In this document: piece after piece, positions 22,993 through 36,335 of the stretch
Layout: every line of letters starts with the position of its first letter
Position numbering within the stretch: the first letter of the stretch is position 1
Source: Azolla caroliniana
Lineage: Eukaryota > Plantae > Polypodiophyta
DNA length: 64,000 nucleotides
Direction of reading: 5' to 3'
Assembly (NCBI GenBank): GCA_043228905.1
Contig: JBHGNT010000022.1
Coordinates: 2,170,001 to 2,234,000, forward strand
Program-made: the position numbers and the translations under genes
The notes under the pieces: model-generated
What the model was told of the DNA's origin: nothing
What the model saw: only the letters and a program-made list of their open reading frames with translations
The model's database searches: none

Positions 22993-25900
22993 TGTTAAGT
23001 GATTAGGTAATTAACTAGGGTTAATTAGAGACTAATTATATGGTTACGTTAAGCAGCGGAAGATTAGTATGATATGCGTGTGAGAGTGAGTGAGAGGAAG
23101 AGAGAGAGAGAGAGGAAGTTACACTTGAACACAAAGATAAATGGGGGATGATTGACTATATTGAAAAGTGTCATCAACATTCAAAAATACTCACAATGAG
23201 GTATATATACAACCCATGTGCAAAGGTGCACATGTGTGGGTAGAACATAGGTACTTATGTGTAAGTCCTACATTAAATGTACTAAGGAGTGGAGGATCTA
23301 GAATATCCCACTTAAGTACAAGGTCCTATTTAAAGGCTTAAGGTCAACACATTAACTAGATTCGATCTAGGTAACTACTAAGTTACATGTGTTGACTAAC
23401 TAGATTAAACTAGTTGAGCTTGATATCTCAACATGCCCCCTCAAGCTCAAGTGTGAGGCGTCCAATGTCCGGTTTAGCTTCCTTCGGCTTCGTCGGCATC
23501 GGTGCGGCTTGCGGCTTTCTTCGCGTCTTCGCGGCTTCGTTGCGCGGTTCTCTGCGGCTTTGTTCTCCCCCTCAAGCCTATGACGAAGGCTTGGATCCTC
23601 GGGCTCTTGTTCAGCCACTACCTCCATGGCGAGGTCATAGTGATGGGCCATATACTCATTGTAGGCGTAACAAGTGACTTGGGTCTTCGCTCGTGATGAG
23701 CGGCGGAGTTTCTCGTTTGTCGATGTGAGTGCCTTCTTTACTCCGGGTGTCCTCATGATGGGTACACCGAACTCACTGTCTAGTGAGCGAGCCGAATCAT
23801 CCGAATCACGGTTGTCGGGGTGGACCTCGACTTCGTATTCGGGCATCTTACCTTTGCCTTTGTCCGATGTCAGACTTGGCCGCGACGTGTTTTCATCGCG
23901 TGGAGGCTCTTGTGGGCCAATTAGCTCGGTAGAGCTTGGATTGTCCTTCGGTGGAGGACTTGGCCGAGTTTCGTCATCCGAGTTGGCGTTCAACTCTTCC
24001 TTGATCGGGTCGGATGGAGTCGCATCGGGCTTATACCAAGATGCCGATTCGTCGAAAACGACGTCGCGACTTATCCGCACCACTCGGGTCGAAGGGTTGA
24101 AGCACTTGTACGCCTTTTTCGTGGACAAGTATCCTACGAGGATACATTCTTCTGACTTCGCGTCGGGCTTCTCTCGACTTTCGTTCAGGATGCGTACATT
24201 CGCAATGCTTTCGAACACCTTGAGGTGCGAGAGGATGGGCTTTCTTCCAACGAAGATCTCGTATGGAGTAAGCTCGTGCACGCTATTTGTGGTGCATCGA
24301 TTCATGAGATAGATGGCCGTGGATGCCACTTCCGCCCAATAGAAGTTCGGCATGTGCTTCTCACGCATCATGGCGCGTGCTACCTCGAGTATTTGCCGAT
24401 TCTTTCTCTCGGCTACTCCATTTTGTTGGGGAGTGTGTCGGCATGAGAATTCTCTACGAATGCCTTCACCTTGAAGGTAGGAGGTGAACTCGTTGGAGAA
24501 ATACTCCTTTCCTCCGTCCGATCGTAGACATCGAATGTGTCGATCGGTTTCTTTCTCCACTTGGCTTTTGAGCCTTTGAAAGTGGGAGAGTACTTCGCTC
24601 TTCTTCTTCATCAGGTATATCCACGCGTAGCGCGAGTGGTCGTCGATGAAGGTGACGTAGTAGCGGCATCCACCAAGCATCGGCGTTTGAGCCGGTTCCC
24701 ATACGTCCGAGTGGATTATGTCAAGGAGGCATTTGCTTGTGGAGCTCTCCTTCAGGAATGGGAGTCGATGTTGTTTGCCGAGTTGGCATGCTTCACACAC
24801 TCAATCAACTCGTTTCGATTCGAAGGCCAGGAGTCCGATTACGACTCCCTGTGATTGCATTCCGCGAAGCCGTTGGAGGTTTACGTGGCCGATTCGCTTG
24901 TGCCACAACTCAATGTTTGTCTCGGTCTTGAGACCTTTGGCATACATGGCCGATTTTACCTCGTTCGAGTCGAGGATGAACAAGTGACCGTCTCTCCATC
25001 CCTTGGCTATGAGTCGGCCGTCTTTCTCGATCAAGCAACCTTCATTGTTGAAGCGGACTTACATGCCTTGCTCCACGATTTGGCCGACTGAGACCAAATT
25101 CTTTGTTATTGTGGGCACGTGCAAGACATTCTTGATGCAAGTTTTCTCACCTTCTTTCCCGAATGGGACATCTCCGATGTGCCGAATGGGATGCGGAGTG
25201 TCGTCTCCGGTCTCTATGTAGCCGGGTCGATCTGGCGTTCGCAAGTCGCGAAACCACTCTTGGTGCGACGTCATGTGGTGCGAGGCGTCGGAGTCTATGA
25301 ACCACGCGTGTTCAGAGTTGGAGGTGCTTGCAGAGTTTGCAGAATCGGAGGCCATCATAGAGTTCGCTCTATGCCTCATCACGAAGAGTCCGCCGTAGTC
25401 CGCGTATTCCGCGTTCGCGGCATAATTTGTGAGTTGTCGGCTTGTCGAGGCCGACTCGCTTCGTCTTTTTCGGCACTCCTCTTCGCGATGGCCGATTTTG
25501 CCACAATAGTTGCACGTAGGTGGCGTTGTTCGCTGACCTTGTTCGGCATGGAAGCTCCCCCTTCTTGTGAAGGTTCCTCGATGGCTTCCGTTTCCTTGCC
25601 GAAATTGTGAATTCCCTTCGTGGGATAGGTTGAATTGACCTCTTCCGCGTCAACCTTGTCTATGGGCACCATCCGTATTGGACAAGAGCATTTGTCCTTC
25701 CGATGTGTTGATCTTTGGTTGAATGTGGTTTTCTTCGACAAATAGCATTGATTGGAGGTTGAAGAACGACGGAGGGGTATCTCTCGCCAAGATTGCCATT
25801 CTCAACGGGTTGAATCGTTGTGCGAGGCCGCCCAAGCATACTTGCACTATCTCGTCCTCGTCGATGTTGATGTTGATGGAGCCAAGCGAGTCGCAAATGC

Positions 25901-26910
25901 TCTTGATCTTGGCGGTGTAGTCCGTCACAGACATTTCTTTTTGTCGTATGTTGTTCAACTCTTGCCAGAGTTGAAGCTTGCGCGCGGATGTGTCTGCGGC
26001 GAAAATCTTCTTGAGATTTTCCCACGCCTCTTTGGGCGTCTTGGCGTCACGACTGTGGCTAAGCATGTGGTCGTTTACACATGTTTCCAAGCAATACATT
26101 ACCCGACTCGCGCCTTGCTCCCACGTTGGGTAGTTGGCGTGTGTGATTTTGGGTTTGTTTTCTTGTGCGTTGTCGATGTAGCTCCAATACCCTTGGCCGA
26201 TAAGGGATTGATTCATCTTGTACTCCCAAGATGAATAGTTGCTTCGGTCTAGCTTTTTGCTAGGGAGTGAGCTTACCATTTGTTTGTTCATGTTGATTGT
26301 TGTGTCTTCCGTTTTGTTTTTCTTCTCTTGGTTGCGTACACGTCCTTCGTAGCGGCACTACGGTAGCGGATAGCGAATAGCCGGGATTTTTCGTCGGCGT
26401 CTAAAACACACAATCACGAATAAGCGGTGGGCTTAGTGGATTTCCTAAACCACGTGCTCTGATACCATGTTAAGTAATTAGGTAATTAACTAGGGTTAAT
26501 TAGAGACTAATTATATGGTTACGTTAAGCAGCGGAAGATTAGTATGATATGCGCGTGAGAGTGTGTGAGAAGAAGAGAGAGAGAGAGAGAGGAAGTTACA
26601 CTTGAACACAAAGATAAATGGGGGATGATTGACTATATTGAAAAGTGTCATCAACATTCAAAAATACCCACAATGAGGTATATATACAACCCATGTGCAA
26701 AGGTGCACATGTGTGGGTAGAACATAGGTACTTATGTGTAAGTCCTACATTAAATGTACTAAGGAGTGGAGGATCTAGAATATCCCACTTAAGTACAAGG
26801 TCCTATTTAAAGGCTTAAGGTCAACACATTAACTAGATTCGATCTAGGTAACTACTAAGTTACATGTGTTGACTAACTAGATTAAACTAGTTGAGCTTGA
26901 TATCTCAACA
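22993..26910 (-). mobile_element. Young Ty1/copia element encoding gag-PR-INT but lacking RT and RNase H; LTRs 26468-26910 (5') and 22993-23433 (3'); TSD TATAT
   Basis: LTRs differ by about 5 substitutions and one 2-bp microsatellite indel. iMet PBS at 26456-26467. PPT at 23434-23448. Inserted in a (TA)n tract. Confidence 0.95.
23400..26291 (-). pseudogene. gag-PR-INT polyprotein frame (about 960 codons, 3 in-frame stops, no frameshifts)
   Basis: ORFs 25650-26291, 25059-25382, 24801-25034 and 23400-24800 are in one frame. Motifs: CNYCGKIGHREEEC, WFIDSDAS, LWHKRIGH, HSDVW..RSDGG..NGVAERKNR. The stops at 25650, 25059 and 24801 look like C>T changes. Confidence 0.9.
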
Positions 26911-27730
26911 TATATATATATATATATATATACCTATTGTATCTATATTTCAAGATAATAGTTTAGAGTCAACAACCGGAAGAAAATGGCTAGTTCCAGT
27001 CAAATAAAGAAGTACACTATTGACAAGCTAAATACAAAAAACTACTGATTGTGCAAGCGAATAATGGAGTTGATGCTCAACCTGGAAGATTTTCTTGAAG
27101 TTATAACAAGAGCCTATCCATCACCAAGGAATGCGCAATCAGAAGTTTGGAAGGAATGGAAAATCAAAGAGAAGTTGATGTTATTGACAAACTCACTTTT
27201 GTAGAAATGTGGACAAAACTCCGAGAGTTGTTTGATCCACAAGACGGTACTACTAAAATCCATACACTTGCTACCCTATTTCATATGTCTATTTTATAGG
27301 AAGACAAAGATGTACCTACCTTCTTGGATACTTGGGAAGCATCACCCAATGAAGCCACACGTCATTGAAGATATGAAGTTTGGACTTTTACTCAAAGAAC
27401 TTCCAGAATCCTGGAGCACATTTGTTACCATGAATAGCCAAGTTAATTCCTTGTCTAATTTAATTACCAAGATCCTTCATGAAAAACTTTGGCGGCAATT
27501 AAAAGAATCTACTTCATCTCTCATAATGATTGCAACATTTAGCAGAACACAAAAATCATCTCATAATAATAGATATAGAGCTAAATAAGATGTAACTTAT
27601 AGAAATGCGGAAGTATCAAGTACCAACAAGGTAAATTATGCTTGAAAAACTTCAGCAAAATAGTCAAATGGTGGTTTCAAACTGATATGCAAATACTATA
27701 AAAAAGACGACCATACAAAAAGGGTGTGTC

Positions 27731-28196
27731 TGTTACGGGCATGACCATCTAATATCCCATTGTTAGAATTTACCGTAGTATTCTATACACGTGGATAAGT
27801 GTGAGGATTAAACGAGAGTGTAAAGAAGGGGAGGATTACTTTTAATCCTCAGGATTGAGACAACCCATTAGGCCAAGTGTGAACTTGCTTGGGGACCTTG
27901 GGTATCGCTATAAATAAGAGGCCTAGCTACCCTCATTTCATCATCTGGTTGACTACATCGAGACTCTGTCCTGTGTTGGGTCAACTCTTGTAGCGAGCGC
28001 GCCAGCACCAAGTACGACTCGACGCCACGACGATGGTATGGGACGCTGATCGAGGCTCGAGTCCGTCTCGATCCCTTCGCTCGGGGGTGATCGGGGGTGA
28101 TCGGGTGGATTGGCACCCTTCTTTCTCTCTCTCCTTTCTTTCTATCTACCTAGATCTATCCTTATCTAATGCTTACTTTAGTACATGTCTCTAATA
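27731..28196 (+). mobile_element. Solo LTR, TSD GTGTC
   Basis: TGTTA...CTAATA termini with GTGTC at 27726-27730 and 28197-28201; TATAAATA box inside. Confidence 0.75.
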
Positions 28197-31100
28197 GTGT
28201 CGATTCAAGCAAGTTGCAAAAATCAAAAGACAATCACAAATAAATAATGCAACATTAGAAGAAAAATCAAAGAAGTCAAAAGAATATTCAGAATCTCGAG
28301 GAAATTCAAATGAAATACCAAAAGTTGCAATTGATTTCTAGAGGCATACTATGTCATTGTAGAATAAACAAAAAATGAACATAATACATGGTACCTAGAC
28401 ACTAGTGTTATGCATCAAGATCACAAGGAATCCAAAAAACACATATCAAAATAAGGAAATTCGGCCTTGGTCTCATTTCTTGTGTGAATTATTTGAAGAT
28501 GGTGTCTTACAAATTGGTTATACTCCCACTCATACCATGGGACTGATTTTTTACCAAGCATGACCCTTCTCTCAAACACTAGTCATGTTGTCAAAATATT
28601 GGCCTCAAGGGTGGTGATAGTGTTATGAGGGGAAGATATAATTAACTACTTAGTTGGCAGTGAACAACTACTTAGTTAGTTGCCAAATATAACCCTAGAC
28701 CACAAGCTATTATTAGTAAACGATTTCATGCTAGTTGTAATCCACACAAGCCTACCTAACATTTTCCCCCACTTCCTCTATTATATAAAGAGGGGGTTGG
28801 GGAGCCTAAAGGGAGAAGATCTGCTCTCCACATCCTTGCATCACTTAGCTCTCATTATTAAGTTTTGGTAGTTGTACTACCAGCTTGGTAGATCTAATAT
28901 ATCAAGTTCCGTGTTGATATTCCCTATTGTTCTGTAGCTCCTACTTGCAACTATCTTGTACCATGTGTCATGTAATTAGAGAGGGGAGCGACGAGTTGAA
29001 CAATGATTAATAAACGAGGTTAGGACCGAAACATGTTATTAGCATAAAGAACATAAGATTAGGAAGGGGCAACACATTATTAAGACCAAAGGTCACTTTG
29101 TAGATCACAAAATGCAAGAGTACAAAAGAATACTCTTTATAAAATAGGGTTTACAAGATATTAATGACAAGTAAGTACAATGGTGGTGATGAGAAGTGAT
29201 ACAATGAATTATTAGAAGACAACCATTAAGTTAAATGAAAACAAAAGTTGGGGAGGCAGTTGAATTTCCAATGAAGGGACGAGTCAAGTGGGTCGTCGGG
29301 ACCACGACTACTTCCGACGGCTTCAATGCCTCGAATTAGAGTAGTGTTCTCAGGCAACTTCATGCTCCCATTCCACGACTGGCGTGTAAGTTTGCAGAAC
29401 CCCTTCTTTGAAACCACCAACACATAATGACACTCATTAGAGAATTGGTCTCAAGGTACGCTTCAAAACAACAAGAAGAAGAACCCTCAAGTTGACGACT
29501 AATGCAAATGGAAATGCAAGTGAGAAGGATAGGCAAGTTCAATGGGTTGTTGAGACCACGACTACCTCTAATGGCTATGATGCCTCGAATCTTAGTAGTG
29601 TTCTTGGGCCACTCCGTGTGTTCCTTGAAACCTCCATTATGCTAAGACGATGTTGTGTGATTCTTCACACACTATGTACAAAAATAATAAAATAATTATT
29701 TTATATTAGCTTAATGTCTTGTTATAGAAAAATAGACGTAATCAAGAGCTTCTGAACGCATTTTACTACACATGAAACAGATAACTAAGGTATCAAGTTA
29801 TGTGAGTGTGAAGTTTGAGAAGAAGAGGAAAACAAAACTATGAGATATCCCACATAGATAGGACAACATGAGGATCCCGCAGTATATAAACAGAGCCAAA
29901 ACTTATTGCTTTACATTTATGTGTTATGAGCACAAAAGGAATGGTTGGAGTTGGGCTAAATTGTCTAAATGTATGGATGTTGCTTAATTACTCCTAATGG
30001 TTTTGGACGGACGGGACCAGAGGGAATTGGCCAAATAGTGACGGAACTGGAACCGGACGGACGATAACAGAAGGCCCCGAGGTCCTGCCTCAAGTTCACG
30101 TGTCTTTGTCGTATTTTCGCGACATCTTTGGTGAACCCGACGTGAAATGAGGCGGTAGGAGGATATCAAGTGCGAAGATGGCTTCGACAAGCAGAACTCA
30201 AGGAGAGGAATTGACGAAAGGCATGGTGTCTGTCGTGGAATACATGCTGAAGGTGAGAGATCAGGAGGCTTTAATCGACAAAGTTGTTGATCGAACAATA
30301 GAGATAGTTGGACGGTTTGGTGGCAACAACATCACGGATTTCCTTGCTACCTATCGGAATGAGATGCAACAGAGGGATGTTAACGATCTCAAACAAATAT
30401 CTAGCTTTAAACGTGTGGTGGAACTAGGGATCCGCGAGCGTGTCATAGAGATCCAAAACGAGTGCGTAACTTGGGCGGAGTTCAAAAATGCGCTTCTTGT
30501 TGCATACATGCTTGAAGACGCATCACGGATGACTCGACATACACTAATGATTTGAATCGAGAAGAAAGGAAAAATCTGTGTGCATTGGGTGTATATGCGG
30601 AATTCAACCAGAAGTACAACCGACTTCCGAGTGCTGATCAATGAGTTCTCGATGGAGATAAAGTCATGCTATTCCTGAAGGCTGTGGATACGAAAGACCA
30701 GAGAGAATTGGGTAGTTTTTTGGAGGACGAAACGCAACCAAATGGCTTGGTAGCAGATTGGGCGGCGATGAAGAAGGCTTGTAGCCGTCTTGATCAACGT
30801 CGACAATGGCAAGAGGAAACTGATATGGAGAATCCACAATCGTGGACGAGGAAGGCACCTGTGATAGTTGAGCCTAACAAGCCAATCAACAATTTTGACA
30901 AGAAAGCGATGGAGGACTCTATAATCGAAGAGCTCTCCAAGAAGTTTGAAGCAGTATCGCTGGCCAACTTAGGTCGACGCGGGCCCAAGGGAAAAGAAGC
31001 GTATAGATCTGTGTTGTGTGATAGCTTTGAGCACTCGCGAAGGGAGTGCACTGACTTGCAAGACGTGATTCGCAAGAATGTCATCTATTTGGATGGCAAC

Positions 31101-32349
31101 ATGATTCATTCGAGCAAGACCCAGACGCCACTACGAGTGAACTTCGGAAGAGGCGAGCTGAAAAAGATCGTGGAAGAGGAAGACGCAAGGCATGTGGAAG
31201 CTATGCACTATGCCGCATCGACCGGGATACGAGTTGGAAGAGAGAATCTTAAAATGATTAAGCTAGGAGCTGGGTTTTGGCCGACGGTCTTCGAGTACGA
31301 AGAAAAAAGCAAAATCAATTCGGAGGATCTAAAACTTGTTGATCAAAAGTGCAACGAGCTACCAGATGGTCAGATCCAGTTGACAAAAACACAAGCTTTG
31401 CGGAGGTTGTGTGCGACAACTATGAAGCTCTTGTCGAAGAAAAGAGGAAAAGAACTGGTGAAGAAGATAGCACATCAAAGCGTCCCAACACGAGGAACGT
31501 AGGGACAGAAGGGCAAGTTCAATCTACACCAAGAAAAGAGGTTGGAGAAACAAGCATGAAGCCTAGTGGATCGAACCAACCTGCTCGGATGGAAGTCGAT
31601 GAATCAATGAAGAAAGGAAAAGAACGAGTGGCGCCAACTTATAAGCTAAGGTTAGACATAGAACAAACAACTGACTTGCGGTAGGTCCTTGAGGAGAAGG
31701 TTTTAGACAGTCATGTCGATCTTACTTTCAGAGAACTACTTCGGATCACGAAGAAGGAGTTCGATGATACTATCGTGGACCTTGTTAAGCGGAAGCGGCA
31801 ACAATCTGATGAAAAGGAGGTGAAAACAAGTGCTATAAACATGGCAAGATCGGAAGAGGAGGAAGAAGAAGAAGTGGTGGCGTATAGCCATTACTCTCGA
31901 CCTCATTGGGCAAGTGCGATAACAGAGACGCCAGTGAAGATCGGGGAGAAGAAATAGATTGTGGTAGCCTTGATTGACCATGGCTCAGAGATCAACCTCA
32001 TGTCAACCAAGTTCTACAAGTAAGGAAGATGGCCAATTAATACAAACCATGGATGGAAGATTTGAGCGGCGACGAAGGCCATAGAGGACTTGTACAGAGC
32101 TTGCCCCAATGTTAAAGTCACGATTGGGGATGTGGAGATTGATCAACACTTCTTCGTGCAAGACTCGGCTTCAAATCTTGTCATCCTAGGACAACCGTAT
32201 ATCACATCGTCCCAGATGGAGACCAAAGTGTTTGATAATGGAGCAGCCTTCGCGCGAGTCAAGAGTCTTGACAGTAAAAGATCCGTTCAATTCCTGACGG
32301 TGTGAGCTAATCACGAAAGGAACTGAGATAGCCTTGGATGCGAATCCTC

Positions 32350-32412
32350 GGATTTTTAAAGCGGACTATTGAAGCATGGGGCACAAATAGTCCGAGCAAT
32401 CATAAATCCCCA
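32350..32412 (+). promoter_or_regulatory. Predicted -1 programmed ribosomal frameshift signal (G_GAU_UUU plus H-type pseudoknot)
   Basis: Heptamer 32350-32356 directly precedes the TAA that closes the gag-PR frame. After a 5-nt spacer, stem CGGACTATT (32362-70) pairs with AATAGTCCG (32386-94), and loop TGGGG (32377-81) is complementary to CCCCA (32408-12). The downstream pol ORFs 32338, 32719 and 32941 are in the -1 frame. Confidence 0.75.
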
Positions 32413-35400
32413 CAAGGAAGCAGAACGCGTGGATTGCGAGGAGAAGCAACATGCGTCACACCTAGCGGCGCATGCAAACTAACACTACTCAACAAGAAGG
32501 AAAAATGTCGGATACAAGACTTCGAGAAGGTGCTGAAAGAAGGAAGCATAATCGAAGAAGAAGAATTCGTGTCTCATATTCTGGAGGAAGCCTCATTTAA
32601 CAACACCATCGGCGAAATTGAGGAAGTCGTGGACTTGAGCTATCCTCACGATCAACGTGTGATTTCGGTTAACTCCGTCAATATGTACGCTCTCATCGAT
32701 GAATATCATTGAGGCATCTTGGTGGAGGAAGTTGAAGTCAACACAAAATATAAAACGGTGGATAGGAAGATCAAGCTAGTTGTAGTACCACTACCGGAAG
32801 ATACCTGGCAAAAGATGAAGCAAGTTGCAAAATATCCAAGCTTAAGGAATCCAAAGACAATAAGTCACGTCTTCACTGGAGAGACGAAAGGAAAGCTACG
32901 AGTTGGAAGGGAGGATTTCCTTTTCCCTGAAGAGGAGTGAATGTTCCGCGGAATGCTTGAAAGACACAAGGAGGCTTCCGCATTTTTCCCACAAGAAATC
33001 AGATGTGTTGAATCAAGGGTGGTAGAATCGATGGTGATCTTCATAGTACCACATGTGCCTTGGAATTTGAAACCGATACCGGTTCCGAGAGCACACCTAC
33101 TGAAGCTGATCAAGCTCTTAAAGGAGAAGGTGAATATTGGAATTCTGGAACCGTCAACGCTCCTTATTCCAATAGGTGGTTCATGGTGCCGAAGAAGAAT
33201 GGATCATTGTGATTCATCCAAGATCTTCAACCCGTCAACAAGGTGACAATTCGAAATGTTGGAATCGGTCCGAGTGTAGATGAATTTGCCGAGGCGTTAG
33301 GGGGCCGGTCCATCTACTCCATTGGCGATCTCTACTCTGGGTACAATCAATTCCAGTTGGCGGTCGACAGTCGTGACATTACAACCATGAGGACTCCGAT
33401 TGGGCTTGTGCGGATGTGTACCTTACCTCAAGGTGCAACGAACTCAGTAGCTCATATGGTGAATGCCATGGACAAGGTCTTGAAGGATTGCATCTCGGGC
33501 ATCACGATGCCATTCTTGGATGATATCCCAATAAAAGGATGTTCAGATGAGGAGAAGGATAAATCGAAAGATAAGGATGGATGCAGAAAGTTCGTCATGG
33601 ATCATATGAAAGATTGCGAGAAGGTGCTCCAAAGGCTCAAAGATGTGAATTTTACATTTTCGGGGGAAAAATCCACATTCGGGCAACCAGAGATCTTGGT
33701 GGTAGGCCACTTGTGTGGAGCATATGGTTGGAAGCCTTCGCCATCCAAGGTGAATGGGATCCAAGACATGACAGAAGAATGTGTAACCCAAACGGAGGTT
33801 CGAAGGTTCCTTGGAGCATGTAAGTTTTATCATATTTGGATAAAGGTGAGCTAGATGCCAATGAAGCTAGAGAATTCTTCTCTAGGATGGGAATCAAGTT
33901 ATCTCTTACCATGGCGTATAATCCGGAAGCGAATGGGAAAGTGGAACGTGGACATGGACTGATTGTGAAGGCTCTAGTGAAAGGTTACCATGGGAAAATA
34001 GGAGAATGACCACGTCTATTGCCATTTGCACTATGGGCTGGCATGACTACTCATAGCACGGTGACGGGATACATGCCGGCAGAGCTCATATTCGGACAGA
34101 AGCCGATAATGCCAGTGGAACAAAGTATTGTTTCATGGTTTGCATTGCCATGGCAAGAGGAGATAAGCAAAGAAGATCTTCTAGCATTGAGGATTTGATA
34201 GTTGGAGCGGAAGTCGGAAGATATAGAAGTTGCTAAAGCACGGCTAAAGAATGCAAGGCTAAAGAACAAGAAAGACTTCGACAAATGACATCGACTTCGT
34301 CCAAGGAAAATCGTTGAAGGAGATTGGGTGCTGGTCTACGACAGTACGCTAGACAACCAACATAGTATGGCCTGAAAATTTTCACAACAATGGTTTGGAC
34401 CATATGTGGTGAAGAAAGTGGAAGATAATGCAACATATCATTTAGCAGAACTGGATGGTACACCACTTTCCTTGCCAATTTCCGGGAAAAGAATCAAGAT
34501 CTTCAAGAGAAGAGACAGAATAGAAATCAGATTCGAAGCTTTTGACGATTCTGTCTTGGGCATCGACGAAAAAATAAAATAACCAAAAGTGGAGCCTCAC
34601 CAAAATTGGCACATACCGGTGGATGTGCAGGTTTGGTGGGGGCGAATGTGGTGTGATTCTTCACACACTATGTAAAAAAATAATGAAATAATTATTTTAT
34701 ATTAGCTTAATGGCTTGTTATAGAAAGATAGAAGTATTCAAGAGCTTCTGAACGCATTTACTACACATGAAACGGATAACTAAGTATCAAGTTATGTGCA
34801 TGTGAAGTTTGAGAAGAAGAGGAAAACAAAACTGTGAGATATTCCACATAGATAGGACAACATCAGGATCCCACAGTATTAAACAGAGCCAAAACGAATG
34901 GTTGTGTTAGGACCACAAAACGAATGGTTGGAGTTGGGCTAAACTGTCTGAATGGATGGATGTGGCTTAATTACTCCTAATGGTTTTGGACGGACCAGAC
35001 AGAATTGGCCAAACAACGATGAAACCGGAACCGGACGGATGGACGGTGACAGAACTGAAACTAGAACCGAACGGACGGACAACGACTAAACAGGAACCGT
35101 AACTAGATGGACGGACGGCGATGGAACCAAAACAGGACGACGACGGAACCAAAACCGAACCAGACTGATCGGGCCGGACGAAACCGGACGGATCGGATCG
35201 GGCAATGGTTGAGACGGACGGATCATGCACATGCTGAACTTTATGGATCATGCGGCGAACTAAAGTAAAGTAAATTAAAGTAAAGTGAGGTAATGTGAAC
35301 ACATGCAACTAAGCGTGGAGACCATGCAACTAAAGTAAACGTCATGTGGATGCATGCAACTGAATGTGGAGGCCATGCAACTAAAGTAAACGCCATGTGG

Positions 35401-35477
35401 GACACATGCAATGGAACGAGAGAGGTAAAAACTGAAGTTCCTTCATGCAAGTATTTTTTTCATGGGAGAAAAAGGAA

Positions 35478-35735
35478 AAATCCATCTCTCTTCGAAGCCA
35501 AGAATCCTAATTACCTTATCAAATCCATCTCTCATCGAAGCCAAGAATCCTAATTACCTTATCAAATCCATCTCTCATCGAAGCCAATAATCCTAATTAT
35601 CTTATCAAATCCATCTCTTATCGAAGCCAAGAATCCTAATTATCTTATCAAATCCATCTCTCATTAAAGCCAAGAATCCTAATTATCTTATCAAATCCAT
35701 CTCTTATCAAAGCCAAAAACCCTAATTTTCTTATA
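35478..35735 (+). repeat. 6 x 43-bp tandem repeat within the gypsy 3' LTR
   Basis: Unit AAATCCATCTCTCATCGAAGCCAAGAATCCTAATTACCTTATC at 35478, 35521, 35564, 35607, 35650 and 35693. Confidence 0.9.
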
Positions 35736-36054
35736 TCACCCAAAACCCTTAATTTTCCTTACGGAAGCCATATCTCTAAAAAACCCTAATTTTTCCTATC
35801 TATTAATCTCTTTAAACCTAAACTTCTATAATCCCAATCTTGGGATTGATTGTAATTTTTCTTTTCCTTTGGTAATGAAAAATATCAAAATTTCTGATTT
35901 TCGTTAATTCTTAATACATAATGCACGAATCTAATATCCTCTGGGCGAAGGCCCCAGGGTCCAGCCTCAAGTTCACGTGTCTTTGTCATATTTTCGCGAC
36001 AACGACGAATAAGAAAACCCTCACTCAAGTATATTGAGAAGAGGAAGAAAAAGA

Positions 36055-36335
36055 ATTCCTAATGGTAGACCCTAAACCATAAAATGGGCGATCCCCTAAT
36101 GGTGCACTCTCAAAACGCAAAATGAGTGACCTCCTAATGGTACACTCCAAGGCACAAAATAGGTGACTTCCTAACGGTGCACTCATGAAACCTAAAATGA
36201 GCTACCTATGGGTGACCTCTCTTAATGGTGCCATCCTAGAAACCAAAATGAGCAACCTCTCTCTAATGGTACACCCCAAATAAAAAATGGGCGACCTCCT
36301 AATGGTAAACTCTCAAAATGTAAAATGAGCAGCCC
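36055..36335. repeat. Degenerate tandem repeat of about 38-45 bp (AAAATGGGCGACCTCCTAATGGT...), probably part of an older LTR
   Basis: About 7 copies of CTAATGGT..AAAATG; a similar motif occurs in the LTR at 915-960. Confidence 0.65.

Larger units (their letters stand above)
22628..28980 (+). mobile_element. Old copia-type element with only degenerate gag-PR, host of two nested insertions
   Basis: Diverged LTR pair at about 22628-22946 and 28621-28980. PBS TGGTATCAGAG at 22947. Gag remnant from about 26986 (MASSSQIKKYTIDKLNTKNY, LLKELPESWSTFV). WYLDTS at about 28389. Confidence 0.7.
29651..36001 (+). mobile_element. Decayed autonomous-type Ty3/gypsy element (non-chromovirus, tRNA-Trp-primed), 4-bp TSD ACGA
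   Basis: 5' LTR 29651-30124 (internally deleted). Trp PBS at 30129-30146. Gag from 30178 with a Zn knuckle (CDSFEHSRREC). PR ALIDHGSEINLM at about 31967. RT DLYSGYNQF/LPQGATNS/FLDD at 33243-33840. RH and the INT N-terminus are deleted; INT C-terminus has WFGPY. PPT GGTTTGGTGGGGGCGAA, 3' LTR 34647-36001. ACGA on both flanks. Confidence 0.93.

Noticed and set aside
28981-29650. Sequence with an internal repeat of about 50 bp (GACCACGACTAC) flanking the gypsy insertion, continuing at 36002-36600
   Set aside because: Probably an old LTR, but I could not define termini or a TSD, so no element is called.
35478-35735. Regularly spaced repeats resembling a CRISPR array (also 8455-8735 and 36055-36335)
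   Set aside because: Head-to-tail units with no unique spacers, no cas genes, and a eukaryotic LTR context.
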